A DNA stretch of 64,000 nt from Octopus sinensis (lineage: Eukaryota). Each line of letters opens with the position of its first letter. Within the stretch, counting starts at the first letter, position 1. Below, piece by piece: positions 1 to 11,470 of this stretch. The stretch lies in contig NC_043002.1 of assembly GCF_006345805.1 (NCBI RefSeq), positions 1,922,001 through 1,986,000 on the forward strand. The letters run 5' to 3'. The position numbers were made by a program, and so were the translations under genes. The notes beneath the pieces were generated by a model. It was not told the origin of the DNA. It ran no database searches and was given only the letters and a program-made list of their open reading frames with translations.

Positions 1-740
1 TTGTAGTCACGAGTAAAAATTATAAGTGAATGAAGTAAATAAAAATACTTCTTAATCTTGCTTCGCCTTTTTTCTTTCCCCTAACATAATCCACCATTTG
101 TGGCAGACACACAAACCATGTATATCATTTTCGGATCATATAACTCGATTTTTTCTGTTTCTTAAAATTAGCATAATAAATACTGTCTTGCTATTCTGCG
201 ACATTATTATAGTTTTCAATTCATCACATTTTCTTATTTACCAACTTCTATTTCATTCTTATAACATAATTCATATTCAGCCTCTAAACTCATTTGAATT
301 ATTATTGAGTCTCGTAAGTTGTTATTAAGTCCTTAATTACGCTAAATATAAAGTTGACTTCGTCCTTTTGTAAAACGAAAGTGCGGAGTATTAATCGCGT
401 ACAAACGCATGAAATATCTGAAACTAAATTCAATGTCGTTGTGTTAATGTAATTTCATGAAGAGAAATTGTTTTACCAGAAATTAATAATTTATCAGATG
501 ATCTGTTGAATGCTATCATTCATAATTATTTAGTTTCATGGATTATAAAGTTATTTGAAACTTCCATTGGGGTGTATACGCATAATGAAGACAAATCTGT
601 GTATCTTCCCAGCTTCTGTAACCTTCCAATGACTGATGAAATCTCGCACTGGATTCGCAGCTCATGGCTTGGGAAACCGGGAAACCAGATTTTAGCTTAA
701 TACTTCGAAGAGTTTTTGTTTATTTACTTTTTTTTTACAG

Positions 741-883
741 ATCTCAGTTCATCTGTCTATCAAACAACTCGTTCATGAACTTCGACAAGAGGAGTTATTC
801 AGGAACCAATTAAATGGAGCAAGTGTATTATTGCTATCTACACACAGCAAATAAAGAACAATGAACGTACAAGACAAAAAAAG
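741..883 (+). other. Candidate spliced exon (UTR/lncRNA or start-codon exon)
   Basis: Strong acceptor tttactttttttttacag| at 740 and donor AAG|gtaaat at 883. All three frames contain stops, but ATG at 861 opens MNVQDKK up to the donor. Confidence 0.35.
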
Positions 884-987
884 GTAAATATTGTAGATTA
901 TAATTAATGTCATTGCACTTCTTTCTTTTTCTTCATCTCCTTCTTCCTCTTCTTCTTGTTTTTCTTCCTCTTCTTTTTTTTCTTCTA

Positions 988-1064
<77 letters not shown>
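988..1064. repeat. (ATT)n microsatellite; tail or target of the adjacent R4/Dong-type LINE
   Basis: About 25 perfect ATT units directly abutting the 3' end of the minus-strand LINE fragment. Confidence 0.95.
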
Positions 1065-1065
<1 letters not shown>

Positions 1066-1512
1066 CACTCAACAGATTAGACTGTTGGAAAAGAAAAGAA
1101 TTCTAACATCGGGTTACAGCAAGTAACCTTAGATGGCAAGAACCCTCCAAAGCATCCTAGCTGTCCCTAACAACACTGCTTTCTGCAGCTGCACTAAACT
1201 GGGTTTTATTCCTTTTTTCCTCTATCCATCTGTTCAGATCTTTAAGGATAGTTCTCATTGCACCTCTGATGTCTGGGATACATTCTACCCGCACTTTCCA
1301 TAGTCTCTGTAATTCAATAGCTGGTTCCTACTATTTCTTCTATACTTCTCATATTAATTTTTCATGATTTGGGACTGTAAAGTCAATTATCTGGCACTTT
1401 CTATTCTCTTTAAAGTCCGATATCATCTTGTCTTTCTTACTTTCTAGTACTTTACAAGGTTCGTGTTCATACAATTTGTAGATTACAGATTCCCAATGTA
1501 GTCTAACTGGTT
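1065..1512 (-). mobile_element. 3' fragment of an RLE-clade (R4/Dong-like) non-LTR retrotransposon, decayed
   Basis: Minus-strand translation across frameshifts: RLHW..YEHEPCKVLES..KMISDF/KENRKCQIIDFTVP..AIELQRLWKVRVECIP..GIKPSLVQLQKAVLLGTARMLWRVLAI* (stop 1129-1131). This matches the C-terminal restriction-like endonuclease region and is followed by a short 3' UTR and a (TAA)n tail. Confidence 0.8.
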
Positions 1513-1537
1513 GTGTGTATATGAAGAAGAAGAATAT

Positions 1538-1739
1538 GTATGTATGTATGTATGTATGTATGTCGTTATTCAGTTTATTTCAAAATTTCTTGCTAATAGA
1601 GTAAGTATCGGTTTCTAACCTAGATCCAAGGTTCCTTCATTGGAATTTCAACATCACCAATAGGGTATTTTGTATGTATGTATGTATGTATGTATGTATG
1701 TATGTATGTATGTATGTATGTATGTATGTATGTATGTAT
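1538..1739. repeat. Two (TATG)n tracts enclosing a ~110-bp interspersed repeat fragment
   Basis: (TATG)n at about 1538-1562 and 1671-1739, read directly. Confidence 0.8.
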
Positions 1740-4577
1740 AGATTTGTATGTTGTATGCATGCATTCATACATAAACATTCGAAGCGACAAATCGTGTATT
1801 GACGTGGGAGACTATTTATCGAAAATACAACAAATACTATCTCCAACTTTGCAGCCAGAACTATCATCCTTGCTAAATAACTGGTTAATCTTCAGATGAA
1901 TTAACTGAGGGAGTCTTTTATTCACGATCGTACCGGTTTTCTACTGCAACTTGAATATTCCATACAGAGAGATACTACAAACAACATGGCTGGACACAAC
2001 ATCAACAACAACACAACCAAGGAACAGAACGAAAACAATAGTTCAACAAGTAAACAAATTCGTTTTAGCTGTAGTTATAGAAGAGTTCACAATATGTATT
2101 CTAATGTGGTAGGGTTAAATCTATTCGGATAACATGAGCTATGCTGTGATTCAAGGTTTACAAAGCTTGAAACGTCAGACGCTGATCAATGGTCAAAACG
2201 ATAACACTGAGATCAAATTTTGGCCTTTATCAGGATACCGCAATCTCAATAAAAGGGCCAACTGGCATATAAATCAAGTGATGTGCCAGCAGTAAGTGAA
2301 ATTAAGAGTAATAATTCACAAATGCAATTTGAATTGTTAATCAAGGGGTTTAATTGTGGTTTAAGTATTTACATTATTAAAGAGAAGTAATTAAAGCAGT
2401 AAATGAGATTTAGAATTAAAATGATTAATGATGGAATAAAGTTAAATCTTGTTAAGGATACTAATAGAGATTAAAATGAAACTAAATTAAATCATATCTT
2501 GTCAAAGAAATTATGTTTAAATTGCGTTCGTTAAATAGGTAAGAGAAGCAATATTTAAAATGTTGAAGCAATTTTAAAAGGTTTGAATGTGACTTAGACA
2601 TTACCTGGGGAAAGTGCTAAATCAGTTTCGATACGAGAATATTGAAAAAGTGGATTTAAAAAGGCAGATGTGACCGGATGGTAATAAAAAATATCACAAA
2701 GCGGCGTAATCAATTCCACTAATTACATAATGAAATTGTAGCTCAAATTTTAAGTTTCAAACAAGCTGTACAGCGTAGAATATTCATAATAATATTCGTC
2801 GACTATTTACACGAGGAATCAATAACAGCTTTCTTGAAAGACGCCTGAGCAGAGCTGAGCTTTGTGATGCAGCGGCTTAAAGTCTCTCCTCGCGTGGGTT
2901 TAGAGTTTTGACGCATGCGTGCTGAAATATTTGTAAGAGCTGGATCTGTCTACCGATTGAATGTAATAAGTTTAAAGGAGGAAAGTTACACCACCATTTA
3001 GCAACAGTTTATCAAGGGACGCATGGAATGATATCTAAGTTACGACGCTATCCTGACATATTTTACTTTCGGCTTATGAAGGCGTGAGACTTAAATTGTA
3101 CAGCAAGATAATGCTGAAGTACAGCAACAAATTACCTACCTTTTTAAAACAAGTTCCGTTTATGTTATATATATATCTCAGCGGTGAGACTGAATTTACT
3201 TTTTCATGGTCAATAATATTGCACCCAAGATGTTTATTAAAGAAATAGTAGCAAAATTAACGCAAATAATGTCAAGAGAGTTGCACAAATTAAAGAGGAT
3301 AAGAACGAATAATAAAATGTACAAATTTTCCATTTTAAGTCATTAAATCCTAAATCATCTGCAGTAATTATTTATTATAGCTAAATAAGATGTGATTTTG
3401 TAAATATGCCAAGGATGTAATTATAAGGTATAGTCTTTATTATCACCAGTAATATACAAACTTCTGTATGTAATTGTATATATTGACTGAAAACTAGAAT
3501 TATTAAGGGTGCTGCTTTCTTTTGACTCTCCTTTCTTTCGTATCTCCCAAAATCCGAATGACACCAATATAACTTACATGGTAATATGCTTCAGTGTATT
3601 TGATTTCAGGTACAAATGGAAAATTATGTTTTAACTCCAGAATATAGAACCGTTCAAAATACACAAAATAATGTCGCCTAATTTCATGGCCTGAATCCCA
3701 TCACTTTGTTGCCGTTTTCTTTTGTTCTGTTCTACAGAGATTACTTATTTTGTTTCCCACATTTATTTATTTTCTTTCTCAGAGATTGAACTAATTCCCT
3801 CGACGACTGGATTTTATAAAAGATTGAAAAAGAAAACAACTCTACTGCGACGGAATATTGAAAAGCTGGAAATTCATATAATATCATTGCGGGCAAGAAA
3901 TTTATACAAGGTTATTGAGGGAAAAACAACCCTGATTTGGGTTAGTGTAGGACTGTGCAGGTAGTAATCTATAAAATGTCTTACGGCTCTGAAAAACAAT
4001 ACTTTCCTTTCAATAGCGCTACAGCACATTAAATGTTGATTTGATCGTAAAAAGTTACAACCTGAGCAGAATGAAAGACGATTTCCTTCAGAAATATTCC
4101 TCATGCATTTTAATCAAAACAGAACAGAGAAGAAACTCGGCTTGCAAATAATTATTTCTTAAATTTTAGATTTACAATAATGTAAATAGAGACTGTTTTG
4201 ATTAAGATTAATTTCGGTAGCTAACGTGTGACATGTCTAAGCAATTACTCTTCGTTGCCGATTATAATTTAATAACTGGTTGTCACTTTAGGATTAAATA
4301 TGCATATAAATGATATATTTATCTACTTGTGATAAGTCGAAAGTTAAGAAATGTATAATTACATCAACTTCCAATACACAATATGTTTCCCATAAATATT
4401 TATATTTGCCATTCTGAGAAATTCTTTCACGTCAGAGAAGAAAACTGCTATGCACATGGAATTACAAAAACGTTTTTGTTATAAATTCAGACATTTTGAA
4501 ATGTGCAAAATGCACATATCTATAATTTACATATAAAGCAAAGAAATCTAACATAGCTGGGATTTTATTCCCATATT

Positions 4578-4657
4578 TATATATATGTATATATATACAT
4601 AGTTATATATATATATATATATATATTTACATGCATATATATCTTTTTATATAAATT

Positions 4658-4711
<54 letters not shown>

Positions 4712-4761
4712 CATATGTATATATATGTATGTATATATGCATATGTATATATATATGCATG

Positions 4762-4832
<71 letters not shown>
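4578..4832. repeat. Compound (TA)n/(TG)n microsatellite
   Basis: Read directly; source of the YIYI/VCVC ORFs. Confidence 0.95.
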
Positions 4833-4834
<2 letters not shown>

Positions 4835-5224
4835 CACTTACAATACTGACATTTATATCTCAGTCATCCATGCACACACACATACATAAATGTATCTGAA
4901 TGTGTGTAAGTACGGATGGATGTTATGTCAAAATACGAGTGTGTGTATATATGAATGAGAATTACTCTTCTTATACAACAAATACCACAACTGTGAACAT
5001 TTACAATTGTTGCCTCATATTTCTCGAAATTCTATTTCTTTTCTTGCATCCATCATCCTTCTCATTTCCGTTAATCTGTTTTCAATCTTATTGAAAATAC
5101 ACACACTAATACACGTTTGAATGAGTGTGCCTCACTGTGTGAGTTCGTGCGCGTTTGTGTACGTATGCATATGTAGGTGTCTGTCTTTGCATATAGCCCT
5201 GCGTACGTTACTCTGTGTGTTTCA

Positions 5225-5266
<42 letters not shown>

Positions 5267-6899
5267 CAGGTGGAGAGAGTGAGGAAGAAAGTAAAAGAAA
5301 GCGAAAGAGAGGAGGAGAGGTATATAGAGGGAGATAGTGAGAGATAGGAGAGGGAAAGACAAAAATGAGGTTGAAAGCCCGAATGATTGGTGTATAATGG
5401 CGGATATAACCACTGTAAAAGTGCGTACTTGAGCGTAATTTGTCATGTGAAAACTGACAATCACCGTACAAGTTTTGACCCAAATATATTCTAAACTAGC
5501 AATATTGATTTCATTCGTTGGCTGATAAATGGTCCATCAATAAGAATGTTGGAATATGGCCGCAAGAGAAAATGATATTGCTCTTCATAATCTTCACAAT
5601 TGCTCCAACCATGATAAAAGCTTCATCTCACACAAAATATATGACGTCTGATCCATTGACTTCCAGTTGTCAAATACAACATCGCTACATAATGAATATC
5701 TGCTCCCTTTGCTATATTTCGTAAGCATTATAGGCCGATGGCAGTTGATTAAAAGCTTGCCTGCTCATGTCCTATCACATCTGCTGTGAACTGTCAATGA
5801 TCAGCAGGCTTTAAATATCAAATAGTTTCATTGATTTAGCTGTAGATAGGTGGTATGGCTCATTACTGTATAACGAACGACTGTTGGATGCAAGCAGCTC
5901 AAACATATTCATACGATTTGCAGAGATGCAAGATGGTGTTGACACGGTAAACTTGCAGTTAGATTCAACGTATCTTTCGGGTTCTATCTGCAACCTTGTA
6001 GCTTATAGGACTAAATTTCATCTGACAATTCGCAGACGTAATTTAATGTTCACAACGTTTCGCTGTTTTCTTTTTCTTTTCTTTTATTCATTTATACTTT
6101 TTGTATGAAGGTTAACCAATATTTTCCCAAATGAATTAATTAAAGATAAAAACAGATACAAATGAATTGATTTTCCCAAATTGCATTTTGACGATAAAGC
6201 TTTATACTTGCTCGCCCTCAACTTTAATAAGATATATTATAAAATAATGGTCTTAGGCAAAAACCTAGAGCCTTATATTCTTAGCACGTATATCATTGGA
6301 TAAGTTAAAATTCATTTAATTATTCGTATTTAATATTTATGTAAATCTGTGTATTCTCCACAGAAATATATAATTATAAATTACAAAATTTATCTAACTC
6401 AGAGCTGTTAAAAACACTATGAACGGGAAATATTATTATTGGAACCGATAGAAGAATAAACGGAACACAAGAAGAGCGAATGGCATAAAATATTTAATTT
6501 ATTTAGTTTTTCAGCTCTACATCCTGAATCCAAATATTCCTATGTAGATGTAACGTATTTTGGTTTAAATAATACAAGGAATGCGTAGGGGCCATTACGC
6601 TCAAAGAAATTGTATAGCTTTCATCTTACTATAGTAAACAACGTCAAAACATCACCAGCCATTTTTCAATTTCTCTCACAAAATTCTTCAGTAATATATA
6701 ACAGTTTACTAGATTATTGGACTACAACCATGCTTGGTACCATTCATCAGTTATGTTCGATTAAATCGCCTCCATTATTTCCATGTTCACTATTTCGTAC
6801 TTATCTGGCGAAGATGTGATCAGAAATTATTTGGGCTTAAAGAGCGTCCTGACCACGTAAACTCTATCGGGAATAAGACCGAACCTGAACCAAACCAAA

Positions 6900-7130
6900 A
6901 TAATAATAATAATAACCCTTTCTACTAAAGGCGGAAGGCATGAAATTTGGGGGCAGGAGATTATTCGATAACATCGGCCGCAGCGTTTCACTGGTGCTTA
7001 ATTTATCAACCCCGAAAGGATAAAAGGCAAAAATCGACTTCGGCGGAATTTGAACTCAGAACATGAAGACAGGCGAAATACTGCTAAGCATTTTGCCCGG
7101 CGTGCTAACGATTCTGCCAGTTCGCCGTTT
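6900..7130 (-). mobile_element. tRNA-derived SINE (family A), near full length
   Basis: Minus strand has a head GGCGAACTGGCAGAATCGTTAGC, B-box-like GTTCAAATTCC (7045-7055), body TTGCCTTTTATCCTTTCGGGGTTGATAAATTAAG and a (TTA)n tail. It is homologous to copies at 10.6, 10.8, 15.4-16.0 and 35.4 kb. Confidence 0.85.
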
Positions 7131-7264
7131 TTAATAATAATAATGGTTTCAAATTTTTCCACAAGGGCAGCCAGTTGGGGGAGAGGATGTGTCGATTCAA
7201 CTGGTACTTAATTGATCAATCTCGAAAAGACGACAGGCTAGTCGACCTCGTCTAACCGCCTTCA

Positions 7265-7303
<39 letters not shown>

Positions 7304-7340
7304 TAATAATAATAATAATAATATTAATAATAACAATAGT
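7131..7340 (-). mobile_element. Internally deleted SINE family A copy followed by (TAA)n
   Basis: ggtttcaaattttt-ccacaaggg...ctggtacttaatt...gtcgacctcg matches the 3' half and body of the family; (TAA)n at about 7265-7340. Confidence 0.65.
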
Positions 7341-7422
7341 ATAGGGATGACATTTTTTGACAGTCATTGTGCAAAAACCTCTGATGCATATATGCATGTA
7401 TACATACATATTTCCTCTTTCA

Positions 7423-7457
<35 letters not shown>

Positions 7458-7479
7458 AGCTCTCTCGCGCTCTCTCGCC

Positions 7480-7650
7480 ATGTTGGACTGTTGAACTCTG
7501 CACATGTTGTTCTCTCTCTGTTTTTCTTTCCTTCTTAATCCCTTCTGTTGAAGAGCGTAGGCTCGAAACGTAAAAGACTTTTCCATTTCCTCCGAGCGTT
7601 AAACTATTACGCCTGCTTGTTGTTTCTACACTTGTCTTCGTCTTTTGTTT
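7480..7650 (+). mobile_element. Short PLE-terminus-like repeat carrying a decayed hammerhead motif (7541-7576)
   Basis: cctt CTGTTGAA GAGC gtag GCTC GAAA CG TA aaag has the same architecture as the motif at 25985-26019 but with A6 changed to U. It ends in a pyrimidine-rich tail at a (TA)/(TG) tract. Confidence 0.55.
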
Positions 7651-7677
7651 TCTGTATATTTGAACTATATATGTGTG

Positions 7678-7716
<39 letters not shown>

Positions 7717-9574
7717 ATTATGTGCATGCATATATATATGGACGTATATATTCACTCACTCACGCGCACACACACACACACATACACACACACACACATG
7801 ATTGGATATTTCGCTGAGTCTCCGTAGCCCAAACTGTCAGCTTCGTTACCAATGTTAACTCACAGCATTATACAACTGTTACAATCTTGATTGTTAATTT
7901 CCGTTAAATTCTGCCGCAAATATCTTTGGTTATTGAAAATATTGCAATGCTGTGTGCTGTATTCCTGAAATTTAAACAAACTGGAACTCGTAAATTATAT
8001 TGTCTTTCTCAACATTCTTAAAATATAACGAGGATTGTAATCAATTTTGATAAACTCCAGCTACAAAACTGCCAATAACGATGTTGTACCAAAAAGCATT
8101 ATTTTTCTGTTAAAGTAGTTTTATGGTATAAAATACTTAACACAGTGCTATGACTAATACATTAATACGTTTAGTATTTATTGCCAAAGTAGAAACAAGT
8201 AGTTAAAAGATATTTGGTATTACTAACTTGCAACTTGTGAGAGAAACGCGTCTCCTCACTGATGCTTCATATTCTCCACATTTCATGGCTGCTATATTTC
8301 TCTGTTGTTCATGATCCCTAAAAGAAATATTTGTCTCACAAGTAGTCCTATCTTTCAATGTGACATGTCTTTAGCAAGGAGACAATATTGAGTTATTTCA
8401 ATAATGAACTGACGGAAATTAGATTTCCTCTGGAAAATGTTCCATCTAAAATAGCGGTTATTAAATTGAAAATTGTTCAACGAAGAGCAAAATATGTTTC
8501 CATGTGTTTTATTTATTATAATTCGGATTGAAACGATATTTCGTTGAAAGAATTGTTAACAGGTTTAATGCATCAATATAAAAATGTCTGCCTCATTTGC
8601 AATGAATTCAAGTGAGAAAAATTACATTCTAAATTAGAGTGTTTAATTCTTCTTGTGTAATGTTCGGAGATCATTTTCTCATAATTAAAGCAAATAAAAT
8701 TAGCTATTGTTTCGCATCTGTTTTTCAGTTATCATTCCCATGAGCACCTCTCAACGTTTTATATATGGAACGTTTTTCTATGGGGTGTCTGTTGAAATAC
8801 CAAACATTCCCATTCTGCACTATTCCATAGCTTAATGAAATACATAATATATATACATTCACATGTTATTTTGTCTTGAAGCAAGAAACTCACTCAATGA
8901 GTGTAAATTTAAATAATTCATTTCCCTGAATTTTTCAAAACTCTTACTCTTTTCCTTTCTTTCTTTCATTTTGTCACTTCCTACATTTTTGCTTCTTTAC
9001 TTAACATCGTAGAATATACAAACGAAGCTGCGAGCGTATTGCATGTATCAAATAATTGTTTAAAATAACTCGAAATATCTAACAAATGCACCCACACACC
9101 CATATACCTACCATAAAACCCACACGCATATCGACATCTTGAAATTCTCTCGCTTGAAATCAGTTTTTTCTCAAACCGAGGATGAGATTTACCTGATCCT
9201 AAATGCCATAGGCTTCATCACTCCATCGAATCATACTTAAAACATATCCAGCAACCTTTAAGAGGAATTCCCCATTCGCTATAAGTCTCCTAGCCTCTTT
9301 TTCTTTGTCTGTTTCCTCTCACTGAAATATTTTCTTTTCTAAAGGCCGCCCAATGAGCCAACATATCGAAACTTACAAATACTCATCCCATTATATTCTG
9401 CTGTAAAAGATATTTTACATTTCACTCAACATTTTATGCCCAGTTCTACGTCAGACACTAATAGACGTGCACAGAATATAGTAATGTATTAAAACAGGTA
9501 CACTACTATTATCATATACGTGTATTTTTGAGTGGTGAGAGAGAGGGAGAGAATTTGTGTGGTGGTGGGGGTTA

Positions 9575-10455
9575 ATGTGCCTTTCGTCAGTTTTCCTGGG
9601 CGTTTGGATTTGATAGCCTTTTGTAACATGTTGGCATACACCTCTCTGTTGATGATGTAACCCTTTTGAATATACTCAATAAATACGATGCCTTTTGCAT
9701 TCCGAAAAAATGAGGTCATCACTTTCCCTGATGATGAAACGACCTTGACTTTCTTTGTAGGAGGAGAGGAGGAGTGTTTTCACTGCATGGATGGTCTCTG
9801 TGTCTCTAACTGAAAATGGTAAACATAATACTCATGCTGGGTTAAGAAAGGTGCAAGGAAAACAGCTGGATCTGCTTTAATGTCAGATTTTCAGCCTGGG
9901 GCGCTTTTGATCCGGTGTCAGAAGATGTGGCACCCACCAAGCAGAAACCTTTGTCAGGCCAGGTTCATTGAGCAGAATATTCTCAACTCTGTCTAGGGAT
10001 ATGCTAATAGCATTGGCTATTTGGTTTCTGGTCAATCACCTGTCCTCCATAACTATGTGGTGGACACGATCAAGGTTTTCCTCGGTGGTGGCAGTTGCAG
10101 GATGTCCAGACATTGGGTCATCTTCAAAACACTCCCTTCATCTCCTAAATTCTGCTCCCCACTTTTGGACTGTTGATAAAGCTGGAGCATCATCCTCTAA
10201 TGTAGCAACCATGTCAGCATGAATGCTATTGGGGGCTGAACCCTTTTCCTGCAAGTACTTGATAACATCATGATGCCAGATTTTGTCCATTTCCAAGAGA
10301 AGTCACTGCCAGTTACTCTTGAAGTCTTTTTTGAACAGTCAGATGTCAGTTTATCTGAAAAGAAACAATGCAGTAATTAATAAGAAGGAAGATTTTTACC
10401 GCTCTAAGCTCACTCTTTCTTTGAGGCCCTATGCACTTTTCAGCCCACCCTCGTA
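9575..10455 (-). mobile_element. Mariner transposon relic, 5' TIR plus N-terminal to mid transposase, 3' truncated
   Basis: TIR tacgagggtgggctgaaaagt (complement at about 10435-10455, ending in TA). Minus-strand KKVKVVSSSGKVMTSFFRNAKGIVFIEYIQKG..INREVYANML..AIKSKRPGKL is typical mariner DDD transposase. Same family as 56130-57421. Confidence 0.85.
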
Positions 10456-10577
10456 ATGAAAACATTTTATTTATGATATTCGATTCCTTTTGGATAAGTT
10501 AAGCATCCACATAAGAAATTACATTGTTTACCTCTATGCCTATAACAGTCTAGTTTCTAATACATTCTGCTGATACT

Positions 10578-10760
10578 GATTTCAAATTTTGGCACGAGGC
10601 CAGCAATTTCAGAGGAGGGGTTTAGTCAATTAGATCGACGCTAGTACTCAACTGGTGGATTATTTCATTTTGAGCCCAAAAAGAAGAAATGCAAAGTCAA
10701 CTCTGGCGACATTTGAACTCGGAACGTGAAGAGAGACGAAATATCACAAAGCCCGGCGTT
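10578..10760 (-). mobile_element. SINE family A, diverged
   Basis: ttcaaattttggcacgaggcc...gcaaagtcaactctggcgacatttgaactc matches the family on the minus strand. Confidence 0.75.
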
Positions 10761-10801
10761 TCTTCTAACTCATTACACTCTACTATATTACGGGAATGTT
10801 T

Positions 10802-11004
10802 AAGACGGTGAGCTGGGCAAAATTCTTTGTCGTATTTCGCCTGTCTTTACCTTCTTAATCAAATGCTACCGATGTCGTCTTTGCCTTTCATTCATCCTTT
10901 CAGGGTCGATAAATTAAGTACCAGCAGAACGTTGGAATCGATATAATCATGTGACCCTCTACCTGGAAATTTTTGGCCTTGTGCCAAAATTTGAACCCAA
11001 TATT
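10802..11004 (+). mobile_element. SINE family A, diverged
   Basis: aagacggtgagctgg...ttgcctttcattcatcctttcagggtcgataaattaagtaccag...ggccttgtgccaaaatttgaa. Confidence 0.8.
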
Positions 11005-11233
11005 ACTGGGACATTTCGTATATTAGTTGTGCCTATGTTTATCGTTAATTCGAGGATTTTAAATATGAATAATGAATTAATTAAAAGAAAAAGCACTTTT
11101 ATTCCATTTAAAATTCTGACTGGACACAGATTTTCTGTTTTATTCTTTAAATGTTTAATTTTCTGAACTTATTTTAAAAGAATTTTGTATTTTTTGTTGT
11201 AGACGTTTCATGACGTCCTGTGTCCACATATGC

Positions 11234-11297
<64 letters not shown>

Positions 11298-11334
11298 GAT
11301 GTAAGTATGTACATTTACGTATGTATAATTGCAT

Positions 11335-11366
<32 letters not shown>

Positions 11367-11470
11367 ATATATATATATACACATATATACACATACATGC
11401 ACATATAGACCCCATTATATATATATATATATATATATAGATAGATAGATAGATAGATAGATAGAAAAGT
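11234..11470. repeat. (TA)n and (GATA)n microsatellites
   Basis: Read directly. Confidence 0.95.

Noticed and set aside
630-690. CTGATGA aatc..gatt and later GAAACCGG resembling a hammerhead
   Set aside because: GAAA does not follow stem II, and G replaces the required U16.1.
1606-1645. Minus-strand CCAATGAAGG AACCT..AGGTT AGAAA CCGA TA
   Set aside because: G5 is absent, the palindrome is broken and there is no stem I; at most a hammerhead-derived relic.
2130-2180. agctt GAAA CG TC agac, possible hammerhead 3' half
   Set aside because: No recognisable CUGANGA-type core or stem I upstream.
3722-3964. 80-aa ORF with ctcag| acceptor at 3782
   Set aside because: No homology recognised, and it does not join in frame with exon 741-883.
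8222-8250. GAAA CGCG TC ... CTGATGC, type II hammerhead-like order
   Set aside because: Stems I and II do not form and A9 is missing.
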